A DNA stretch of 64,000 nucleotides, from IMG/VR virus record IMGVR_UViG_3300011868_000001, positions 128,001 through 192,000 of that record. One strand, given 5' to 3'. The notes under the pieces were generated by a model. The model made no database searches and was not told where the DNA came from. It saw only the letters and a program-made list of their open reading frames with translations. Origin of the DNA: a virus (taxonomy: Duplodnaviria; Caudoviricetes). The stretch's first letter is position 1. Every line of letters begins with the position of its first letter. Of this stretch, positions 28,502 to 36,755 are shown piece by piece. The position numbers were made by a program, and so were the translations under genes.

Positions 28502-30556
28502 ATGTCGTCTGTATCGATGGCTTCGTCTTTGCCGAGAACAGAAGTTCTTGGTTTCAAAGATGTGAGCGGCCAGGGCCAACCGCTGGAGATCGTCAATCTG
28601 CCGATTTTCCTGCCGTTCGCTCCTCTGTTCACCTCTTGGGGTCCTTCGGACACCGCCAACCTGGTAAGCGGCGATGGCTTCAGCACCATTTACGGTGCCG
28701 AGACTTTCAAAGCCGGCTCGAAGTTCCTGAGCCACCAAGCTGCCATGCTTCAGAAAGTTCTTCAGACCGGTGCCATGGGCCTGGTCCGTCGTATGAAGCC
28801 TGCCGGCGCCAAGACCGCCACCCTGCGCATCTGGGCAGACGTTGTGGCTGACAAGATTGACCAGTACGAGCGTAACGTCGACGGTAGCTACAAGCGCACC
28901 AATGGCGAACTCGTCCCGACTGGCGAACAAGTCGATGGTTACCGTGTACGGTTCCATATCGACGAGCCGGGTGAAAACGGCCTGCGTCAAGGCAGCCCGA
29001 CCACCGGCACCCTGGTTTCGGCAGATGGCCGACCTTCGACCATGTATCCGCTGATCGACCTGGAAGCCCGTTTCTTCGGCGAGAAAGGCTCGAACTTCGG
29101 TATCCGTCTGGTTGCCCCGAGCACCAACTCCAGCACCCCGGCCAACGCCGAGCTGGTCGAAAGCCAAGGCGCTTTCCTGTACCGCCTGTCTATTCTGGAG
29201 CGTGCCAACCAGAACAGCACCGGTCAGCCGCTGATGACCATGAACGGCGAACCGTTCGTGGAGTTCAGCCTCAAGAATGGTGTGGTCGATGCAAAGACCA
29301 ACATCAACTACTCGTACGACAAGCGCATCCTCAAGGCGTTCGAGGACAACGATCCGGAAGTGTTCTCCGGTTACGGTCCGCTCAAGACGTTCCACGTCTA
29401 CAGCAAGAACCTCGACGAAATCCTGAAGAAGCTGCTCGTGACTGAAGCCGACTACGGCCTGATCAGCACCGACGTAACTCCGGAACAGTCGATCAACCTG
29501 TTCGGTGGTGCCGACATCAACGGTGTTCCGTACTACTCGATCAAGGTAGAAGGTCCGGCTGCTGGTGGCGTACTGTTCGGCGACTCGGCCACCCATTGGC
29601 TGCTCGGCGGTGCTGACGGCGACGTCACCCCGCAAACGTACGACCAAGCAGTGCGTGATGAGCTGAACGTATTTGGCGAAGGCGAAATCCCTTACGCTGA
29701 TCGCGCCAGCTACCCGATGTCTGCGTTCATCGATACCGGCTTCAGCATGGAAACCAAGCTGCTGATGGCCAACATCATGAGCGTTCGTCCGGATGCCTGG
29801 GTCCTGGCTTCCACTCAAGACGTCCTGGAGCCGCTGAACACCCCAGAAGAAGATTCGAGCATCGGCGCATCGCTGCGCAACGCTCTGGCCCTGGTGCCGG
29901 AATCTGAATTCTACAACACTGGCGCGTGCCGTGCCGTGGTGATGAAGCATGCCGGTGAATACCTCGACTCCGAGTACTCCGGTATCCTGCCGTTCACCGT
30001 GGACTTCGCCGTTAAGGTGGCTGCCTACATGGGTGGCGAGAAGATGCGTTCGGGCTATGCTCCGGACAACGGTTCCTACCGTGTGGTGTCGCGTTTCATC
30101 AACCACAACGCCAAGTTCCGTCACGTCAAGCCGCGCAACACCGACTGGCAGGCGGGCATCAGCTCGGCCGAGCCGTTCGACCATCGCGGTTCGGTGTTCT
30201 TCCCCGGCATCCAAACCGTCTACCACGACAACACGTCGGTTCTCAACTCGTTCTTCCCGATGGCGATCTGCTGCCACCTCAACCGCCTCGGCGAGTTGGC
30301 CTGGCGCATGTTCACCGGCGACAGCCGTCTGACGGCTGGCGAATACGCCGTGAACGTCGACCGCTTCCTGGAAGCGCAGGTCAAGGATCGTTACGACGGT
30401 CGTGCTGACATCACCCCGAGTTCCTACTATACCCCGGCTGACACCCAGCGCGGCTATAGCTGGCACACGGACATCGAAGGCTTGTTCGACGGCATGAAGA
30501 CAGTTGGCGTGCTGACTGTTGTGGCTGGTCGTCGTCCTGGTCAGGAGACTGAATAA
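28502..30556 (+). CDS. Contractile tail sheath protein (phiKZ gp29-like)
   Basis: 684 aa from MSSVSM (GGAG RBS); GFKDVS, IYGAETF, LLGGADG and DTGFS motifs; high codon bias; followed by the tube gene. Confidence 0.85.
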   Translation: MSSVSMASSLPRTEVLGFKDVSGQGQPLEIVNLPIFLPFAPLFTSWGPSDTANLVSGDGFSTIYGAETFKAGSKFLSHQAAMLQKVLQTGAMGLVRRMKPAGAKTATLRIWADVVADKIDQYERNVDGSYKRTNGELVPTGEQVDGYRVRFHIDEPGENGLRQGSPTTGTLVSADGRPSTMYPLIDLEARFFGEKGSNFGIRLVAPSTNSSTPANAELVESQGAFLYRLSILERANQNSTGQPLMTMNGEPFVEFSLKNGVVDAKTNINYSYDKRILKAFEDNDPEVFSGYGPLKTFHVYSKNLDEILKKLLVTEADYGLISTDVTPEQSINLFGGADINGVPYYSIKVEGPAAGGVLFGDSATHWLLGGADGDVTPQTYDQAVRDELNVFGEGEIPYADRASYPMSAFIDTGFSMETKLLMANIMSVRPDAWVLASTQDVLEPLNTPEEDSSIGASLRNALALVPESEFYNTGACRAVVMKHAGEYLDSEYSGILPFTVDFAVKVAAYMGGEKMRSGYAPDNGSYRVVSRFINHNAKFRHVKPRNTDWQAGISSAEPFDHRGSVFFPGIQTVYHDNTSVLNSFFPMAICCHLNRLGELAWRMFTGDSRLTAGEYAVNVDRFLEAQVKDRYDGRADITPSSYYTPADTQRGYSWHTDIEGLFDGMKTVGVLTVVAGRRPGQETE

Positions 30557-31422
30557 TGGGCGTCCGTCATCGCGACACTCTCCTGGGCAATGGCCTGGGA
30601 TACGGTGAGTTCAACAACTCGCCGATGGTAAACCTGGCGATTGGTGGGCAGAACGCCTACCAGTCCGACCTGCGTTACTTCCATGCCAACACCGACTACG
30701 TCCGTCGCAACCTGGTCATCAAGGTGTTGCAAGCTCCTCGTGGGTTCCAGCTGCTGGACAACCCGGACAGCTACTACAAGGCCCTCAAAGCCATTGTGGA
30801 AATGCATGCTCAGACCTGGGACGGTTTCAACCGTACCCTGCAGGTCAACAGCGTCGAAGCTCCAGTCTCCGGTGCGGGTGAAGTGCAGCACACCCCGAGC
30901 AACGTGACGCGCACGCGTTCCGATCCTTCGATGACCATCCGTGAAAAGTACGGCCGTCCAGTCCAGCGTTTCCTGGAAGCCTGGATCACCGAACTGATCA
31001 TGGACCCGGATTCGAAGGTACCGGGTATCGCCACGCGCATCAACGCGCCGACCGACCTGCTGCCGGACATGTACTCCATGTCCATCATCGCCTTCGAGCC
31101 GGACCCGACCTTCACCAAGGTCAACTCGGCGTGGCTGATGACCAACATGTACCCGACCACTGCCGGTGACTTCACTGGTCGTCGGGACAAGACTGCAGAC
31201 GGCGAAGAGCTGGTGCTGTCGGTACCGTGGACTGGCCTGCAGCAAGTAGGCATTGCGGTTGATCGTTTCGCTCAGCAACTGCTGGACGCCATGCCGAAGA
31301 CGGGCACCAGCCCGAACCTGAAGCCGGCGTTCATGTCGGGCGTTGAAGAAGACGTCAAGAAGCATGCCGTTGGTTTCACCGAGCAGGTCGCGGAGTTCAA
31401 CCGCACTTTCATCAAGCTCTAA
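30556..31422 (+). CDS. Tail tube protein (phiKZ gp30-like)
   Basis: 288 aa coupled to the sheath gene; EPDPT...AWL.TNMYP. Confidence 0.8.
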   Translation: MGVRHRDTLLGNGLGYGEFNNSPMVNLAIGGQNAYQSDLRYFHANTDYVRRNLVIKVLQAPRGFQLLDNPDSYYKALKAIVEMHAQTWDGFNRTLQVNSVEAPVSGAGEVQHTPSNVTRTRSDPSMTIREKYGRPVQRFLEAWITELIMDPDSKVPGIATRINAPTDLLPDMYSMSIIAFEPDPTFTKVNSAWLMTNMYPTTAGDFTGRRDKTADGEELVLSVPWTGLQQVGIAVDRFAQQLLDAMPKTGTSPNLKPAFMSGVEEDVKKHAVGFTEQVAEFNRTFIKL

Positions 31423-31450
31423 GCCTGACGAAAGAAAAAAAAGAACAGCT

Positions 31451-31485
31451 AGGAGGGAGCCCAATGGGCTCCCTCCTATGCCGTC
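31451..31485. terminator. Bidirectional hairpin (TATGCCGTC on plus, U-tract on minus)
   Basis: AGGAGGGAGCCCA-a-TGGGCTCCCTCCT. Confidence 0.75.
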
Positions 31486-31487
31486 TG

Positions 31488-33032
31488 TCAGTATTTCAGG
31501 ACGATAGGACGCAACGCATCGCCTGGGACACGAATGTCTCCAAGCTCTTCGATCTTATCATCACGGTGATCGAAGACTGTATAACGTGCTGAAGTCAGGC
31601 GACTTTCACGCTCACGCCGACAAGAATCTGCCAGACGAACGATGAACACACCGTCATAATCATCATAATCACTGATGACGTACGTGCCTCCCATCCCTTC
31701 TACTTTGACGAATTGATTCATCTGCGGAATCCACTCGCGGTTTAACACCGTCGGTTCTGGTTTACGTTCCTCCTCACTGATGCGTTGTGTTTCCCGTACA
31801 CCCGCTCCAAAAGGTCGGTGAGCATTACGTCCACCTCGGAATCGCGCGCCAAGATCTGCGATTCCAGCTTTCTTGCCGAACACGTCCTTGGTAGGATTGT
31901 CGTCGTTCTCTGTTTGGGGTTTCATCTGAATGTTCAGCTTGATCAGCTCGCTGGTAATCCCCTCTTTGTTGATCTGTTCAAACGAGTCATTGTTCAGTAC
32001 GTAATACTCGGTCGTACTGTGGTCGTTGAGACGCAAGAACAGCTCATCCATCTGTTTACCAACGCCCAAGGTTACATGGGTCATTGCCCCTTTGCCACGA
32101 GTGACAAAGACTTTCTTTAACGCCTCCCAGACTCGTCCATGATTGAACGAAATGAGATATTCCAGCACGGGTGCATCGTCACACAAGGTATCCAACTGCA
32201 TTCCGTTTGCCAGCGGAACAGTTTTCACGGTACGAGAGGTTGGAACATCGTCAATTGAGCTGCCAGAAAATGCATTCCCAACGATACGATCGCTGTCCAG
32301 CAGTCGTTTGGCAAGGTCCCCGCGTTGCGGGATAGGGGTATCGGCTTTCTGACTCCGGGTGATGAGCGCCAGCACCTGACCAGTTCCGTTCACCCGAGGA
32401 TCGTAGATCTCGATGATACGGTCGCCAGAGTCCAAAGCCAGAAAGACAATAGACTTAGGGTCTTGATCATCGGTGATGAACTCGATCCATTTCCTATTGC
32501 GAAAGCCCACCATGATCCGGAAGAACGCTGTAGCAGGAAATTTAACTTGCACGTTGTTGAGATCGGTGTAGCCTTCTTCTTTATTCAGCTTTTCGATAAA
32601 TGACACGATCAGGCCGGTCTTGGGGATTTCACGCAGACTTTCGGTTTTAACATGTACTTGCATGGGAACTTCCTTTTCCTTAACAGTTGGTGTTTTTGGA
32701 ATGCTTGTGATCTGACGCGTGAAGCGCATGATACACTTGTAGTTTACTTTATGTTCGGGAACGTGCTGTACCAGATACTTGCCGGCATCATCACGCTCTA
32801 TACGCAGGAAGGTGTATTCCCCGCCCCGACGCAATGCCACGAACCGCTGACCGCGATACCCTTCAAGAATTTCGAATACCTCACTGGATTTGAAAGGTAT
32901 CTCTTTGTCATCAAGGTCGGTGTACTCCTCCACTCTGGTTAAGAGCGTATAAATCCGGCGCACCTGACCCCATTTAGGCAGATTCTTGAGGATGTAGGTG
33001 GATTGCAATTCGACATTAGCCAATTGTTTCAT
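31488..33032 (-). CDS. Early hypothetical protein with a tandem-duplicated N-terminal domain
   Basis: 514 aa, AAGGAG RBS, promoter motif at 33071-33096. Confidence 0.7.
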   Translation of the reverse strand: MKQLANVELQSTYILKNLPKWGQVRRIYTLLTRVEEYTDLDDKEIPFKSSEVFEILEGYRGQRFVALRRGGEYTFLRIERDDAGKYLVQHVPEHKVNYKCIMRFTRQITSIPKTPTVKEKEVPMQVHVKTESLREIPKTGLIVSFIEKLNKEEGYTDLNNVQVKFPATAFFRIMVGFRNRKWIEFITDDQDPKSIVFLALDSGDRIIEIYDPRVNGTGQVLALITRSQKADTPIPQRGDLAKRLLDSDRIVGNAFSGSSIDDVPTSRTVKTVPLANGMQLDTLCDDAPVLEYLISFNHGRVWEALKKVFVTRGKGAMTHVTLGVGKQMDELFLRLNDHSTTEYYVLNNDSFEQINKEGITSELIKLNIQMKPQTENDDNPTKDVFGKKAGIADLGARFRGGRNAHRPFGAGVRETQRISEEERKPEPTVLNREWIPQMNQFVKVEGMGGTYVISDYDDYDGVFIVRLADSCRRERESRLTSARYTVFDHRDDKIEELGDIRVPGDALRPIVLKY

Positions 33033-33152
33033 GACACAGCTCCTTAGCTTACGGTGGGTTATTCAGGATTATCATGTATCGTTGAAATAAATTGGAATTG
33101 GGACAAAAAGAAATAAGGACAGGGGCCGATTGGCCCCTGTCTATGCCAACAA

Positions 33153-33512
33153 TTAGTCACGACTGTAGCTGGTGCGCACATGACCCAATATGATCCAGCC
33201 CTTGGTGCATTGGACCATCAGATGGTTCGTCGAGAAACCACGACGTACAGCCCGACCATACAGGGTGTATGTTGGTTGCCTGTCTGCTTGGCGAACCACA
33301 TCTACCTCGAACCCTGGGGATTCAACCAGTTCACGCATTGCCCTTAAGCTCTCTACGTGCTCCATAGAGCGTAGATCAATGAAGTGCGAGGCGATGTACG
33401 GCGGGACGTTCAGATCGTCCTCTATCGCGCGTATAGCGCCTTCTAAGGCGATATGGTGATAGGTGTTGTCGAAGTCAAGGTCGACCGGGATGTAATCATC
33501 AATGACTAACAT
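33153..33512 (-). CDS. Hypothetical protein
   Basis: 119 aa, AGGAG RBS. Confidence 0.6.
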   Translation of the reverse strand: MLVIDDYIPVDLDFDNTYHHIALEGAIRAIEDDLNVPPYIASHFIDLRSMEHVESLRAMRELVESPGFEVDVVRQADRQPTYTLYGRAVRRGFSTNHLMVQCTKGWIILGHVRTSYSRD

Positions 33513-33519
33513 GATGCTC

Positions 33520-34041
33520 CTACGCCTGGGTGCAGTCGATCACGGTAAACCGTGAACGCTTGCGCTGATATTCTTCTTGTGCTTCTCGATGTTTACGGGC
33601 ATCTTCAGCCAGTTCTTCTTCAAGGCTATCGAGCCGGGCTAAGACATTGATCACCTGTCCCAGGTCCTCGATAGGTTGATAGATGGCATCGAGGTCATCG
33701 TTCATGCGTACGTTAAGGCGATTGTCCTTTACCGCTACGTCAAGAACGAAGTGGTCAAGCTCGCCGTCCAGGTCCCAGAAGCTGACCCGGATGCTGTAAT
33801 CGAATTCTGAATTGAGTGCAGGCATGAACCGTAGACGGGTCTCATCGTCTCCGATCGTTTCCCCGATTGGTTCATCCATTTCATTGTACAGGGTGATACG
33901 TTCGCGGTAGCGCCATTCATGACCGCCTGTCACCGCTATATCGATCTTCTCCTGAATAGATGCCAAGGCACCCATGAGTGCTGCTTCCATGATCGACAAT
34001 TTCATACCCACCTCATGATGTCCCGCCCGAAGGCGGGACAT
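33520..34041 (-). CDS. Hypothetical acidic protein
   Basis: 173 aa. Confidence 0.6.
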   Translation of the reverse strand: MSRLRAGHHEVGMKLSIMEAALMGALASIQEKIDIAVTGGHEWRYRERITLYNEMDEPIGETIGDDETRLRFMPALNSEFDYSIRVSFWDLDGELDHFVLDVAVKDNRLNVRMNDDLDAIYQPIEDLGQVINVLARLDSLEEELAEDARKHREAQEEYQRKRSRFTVIDCTQA

Positions 34042-34047
34042 TTACCG

Positions 34048-34743
34048 TCAGCTACTGTGAAGGCGAATCACCTGAAACTTACGGCGCTTGACCGGTGCTT
34101 GTTTCGGGGTGCGCTTACTGCCTTCGCTCGAGGTATTGCCACTCGGCTTCTTCGCTGCGGTCACTGGCGCTTTAGTTGCAGCGCGTTGTGGTTGCAGACC
34201 AACCGAATGTGCCACCTCGGCAAGGGTCATACGTTTAGGGCGGTTTTCACGCGGAGTGTGAATGCGCTCACTGATGTAGAACCCCATACCACAGCTCTTC
34301 AGCTGAACCAGGTATGCTTTCTGCGGCTTGTCGAAGGCGAAGGTGATCCCCAGCTCATTGGTCAGATCACCGCCATGCTTGATGGCATCGAGCAGCACCG
34401 ACTTGTGCTCACGGACAATACTGTCGACACGAGTCTGGACGCTTTCGGGCAGGGCAATACCATAGAAGAAATTGTCCTTGGCTTTGCTGGACGGGTTAGG
34501 CGACATGCCTTCTTTGGCCCGTGTCCGAATGTCTGCCATGTGCAGGATGTCATCGGTCATGATCAGGCGGAAGTAATAACCACCGCTAAGCAGGGCTTCG
34601 CTGATGGCGGCGAGTTCGTTGCGCAGGATCACCTGTGCCTCGGTGAGATCGAGACAGGCATTGGCTTGGGGTTCGACGAGCGCGTTCATAGATGACTCCT
34701 GTTGTATATGCTTGAGTGTGGGCATGTGTTGGCCATGCGTCAC
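34048..34743 (-). CDS. Hypothetical protein with a basic C-terminal tail (start may be MNALV, ~34689)
   Basis: ORF with an AGGAG RBS before MNALVE. Confidence 0.6.
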   Translation of the reverse strand: MTHGQHMPTLKHIQQESSMNALVEPQANACLDLTEAQVILRNELAAISEALLSGGYYFRLIMTDDILHMADIRTRAKEGMSPNPSSKAKDNFFYGIALPESVQTRVDSIVREHKSVLLDAIKHGGDLTNELGITFAFDKPQKAYLVQLKSCGMGFYISERIHTPRENRPKRMTLAEVAHSVGLQPQRAATKAPVTAAKKPSGNTSSEGSKRTPKQAPVKRRKFQVIRLHSS

Positions 34744-34837
34744 ATGATGAAACAGTGCAGTTCTATTTTCCCGACTTAGAAAAAAAGAAACAGCATAAAC
34801 AGCCAGTCACCGAAGTGACTGGCTGTAGATACGCTTC

Positions 34838-35317
34838 TTACTTGCCGAAGGAAGCAGCGAAGGTCTCGTTGACGTGGGTCAGCACGCGCTTGAGATCGCC
34901 ACGCTTGGCAGCAGCGCCGCTGTCCAGACGCACGGAGACGTTGCCGTACTTCGGCTTTTCTTCGGTGGCACCCGGTGCACGAACCATGACCTTGCGATCG
35001 ACCGACGCACGGATGGTATTGCTGCCGAATTCCACGGACAGGGAAGTGCGCTCCAGGTCCGACTTTTCCTTCATGCGGCTGTGGGTGGCATTACCCAGGC
35101 CGAGAGCAGTGGCACCGGCGATGGTGGCTTCGGTGTTCTGTACCAGCTTGACGGTGTCAAGGGTCAGTTCCTCGCTGCCGCTAGCCAGGGCCAGGTTGTC
35201 CTTGACGAAGGTTTCGGGCAGTACGGCAGCACCGTCGTCGTCGAAGGAGATGGCTTCTTCTACCTTCGCGGCCAGGTTCTTGATCTGCTCGGAAACTTTG
35301 TTCAGTGCTTCGGACAT
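34838..35317 (-). CDS. Probably highly expressed early protein sharing a promoter element with chmA
   Basis: 159 aa from MSEALNK, GGAG RBS, strong codon bias, own promoter and terminator. Confidence 0.75.
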   Translation of the reverse strand: MSEALNKVSEQIKNLAAKVEEAISFDDDGAAVLPETFVKDNLALASGSEELTLDTVKLVQNTEATIAGATALGLGNATHSRMKEKSDLERTSLSVEFGSNTIRASVDRKVMVRAPGATEEKPKYGNVSVRLDSGAAAKRGDLKRVLTHVNETFAASFGK

Positions 35318-35403
35318 CGTAGATACTCCATTTGGGTTTTCATTGGTCAACACGTGTTAACGCACATCAGAGGCGTCGAGAGTTTTTATTTACAATCGAC
35401 TTC

Positions 35404-35426
35404 CGATATTCACGTTGATAATGTAG
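35404..35426 (-). promoter_or_regulatory. Early promoter element identical to that upstream of chmA
   Basis: CTACATTATCAACGTGAATATCG on minus, identical to 2415-2437. Confidence 0.7.
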
Positions 35427-35500
35427 CAGTTCAAAAAGCTTGAATTGAATCGCTGAGGACAAAAAAGAAAAAAGGACCCGAAGGCCCTTTTCTCGTTGGA

Positions 35501-35830
35501 TCACTTGGCAAGGCCAAGGACCACGCCACCGGTCTGACCATCGAGCTTGACCACCGCTTCTTGCGCGGCCTTGTGGGCCTCGTTGATCGGCGGGGCTTCG
35601 CTGATGTGAAGTTTACCCTCTGCAATCGCTTGCTGGGTAACGGCTTCCTTCTTGACGGCAATCGCTTGCTGGACAGCCGCCTTCTTGGCCTTGCTACGCT
35701 TGCGCAGCCAGAAGGCACCACCACCAATGGCCAGCGTACCGGCAGCAGCACCAGCGGCGACCACAGGGTTTTCAGAGATGGCTTCCAGAACGGTGCCAGC
35801 GGTTTCTTTCACGATTTCGATCAGGGACAT
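35501..35830 (-). CDS. Single-TM membrane protein (109 aa)
   Basis: MSLIEIVK...VAAGAAAGTLAIGGGAFWLRKRSK; GGAG RBS. Confidence 0.7.
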   Translation of the reverse strand: MSLIEIVKETAGTVLEAISENPVVAAGAAAGTLAIGGGAFWLRKRSKAKKAAVQQAIAVKKEAVTQQAIAEGKLHISEAPPINEAHKAAQEAVVKLDGQTGGVVLGLAK

Positions 35831-35855
35831 GAGTGTATCTCCAGGTAGTTCAGAT

Positions 35856-35993
35856 TTAGTGAGTGATGCGAGTGACGCCGCGCAGGGCGGCTTTCTTACG
35901 GGCGTCAGCCTTGCTACCGAAATAGCAAGCAACCAACGTGAGGGTAAACAGCGCCGCCATTACGATGGCGTCAGACAGTGGATTGTATTCCAT
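35856..35993 (-). CDS. 45-aa single-TM microprotein (not in ORF track)
   Basis: MEYNPLSDAIVMAALFTLTLVACYFGSKADARKKAALRGVTRITH; TAATG-coupled to the upstream gene. Confidence 0.65.
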   Translation of the reverse strand: MEYNPLSDAIVMAALFTLTLVACYFGSKADARKKAALRGVTRITH

Positions 35994-36130
35994 TATTTGT
36001 TCTCCGCTTTATCGTTAAGGCGAGCTTTGAGAGCTTCGTTTTCGGCACGCAGGTGACGGCGCTCGTCAGCACGAGCTTTCAACCACCAGCCAAGACCGAC
36101 ACCAATACCTACTGCAATGAGCTTGTCCAT
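35993..36130 (-). CDS. 45-aa single-TM/coiled-coil microprotein
   Basis: MDKLIAVGIGVGLGWWLKARADERRHLRAENEALKARLNDKAENK; AAGGAG RBS. Confidence 0.7.
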   Translation of the reverse strand: MDKLIAVGIGVGLGWWLKARADERRHLRAENEALKARLNDKAENK

Positions 36131-36227
36131 GTTCGTCTCCTTAGACGGGGTTAGTAGACAGGTTACATCTAAGAACCCACTCAAGTGAATGGACTCTTAG
36201 ATGGGGGCTTGTGAAAGCCCCTCGAGA

Positions 36228-36617
36228 TTAACGGTAGAATGCCCGCACTTCGTTGGCCACCTCGGCCACCAGCATCACGGGCAACACCACGAAAAACTCC
36301 ATGAGTGCACCTTCATCTTTGATCGCATTGATCGCCTGAAGGAACTCATCGTCACTACATGGCAGCAGCACACCATTCTCAACGCGCCCACTGATAGTTT
36401 TGGGCGTGAAGAAGCTAACGATCTGATCAGCCACTTCGTAGTCATCAGCGGTCAAGGCCGCTTCACTGAAACCACTTTCTTCCTTGAGACGCTCGGCGAT
36501 CGCATTCATCTGCGTCAGCGCCTCTTTACTGAAGACCACGTATTCACCACCTTCTTCTTTGTTGACGAAGACTTTGGTCAATTTGGCTTTCAGGCTTTCA
36601 CGGGTAATGTCAGACAT
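36228..36617 (-). CDS. Acidic early protein
   Basis: 129 aa, GGAG RBS, directly behind the promoter cassette. Confidence 0.7.
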   Translation of the reverse strand: MSDITRESLKAKLTKVFVNKEEGGEYVVFSKEALTQMNAIAERLKEESGFSEAALTADDYEVADQIVSFFTPKTISGRVENGVLLPCSDDEFLQAINAIKDEGALMEFFVVLPVMLVAEVANEVRAFYR

Positions 36618-36671
36618 CTGTGTTCTCCAAGAACAAGGTAAGACAGGTAGATTATTCTACCTATTCACCTC

Positions 36672-36748
36672 TACTATGTATCGTTGAAAATATTTCGAAT
36701 CGAATTGACAGACAGCATAGACGGAGGGCAGCTGCCCTCCGTCTATGC
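36672..36748 (-). repeat. Duplicated terminator + early-promoter cassette, copy 2
   Basis: 48 bp identical to 16447-16494; palindromic hairpin at 36715-36748. Confidence 0.9.
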
Positions 36749-36755
36749 TTGTTAC

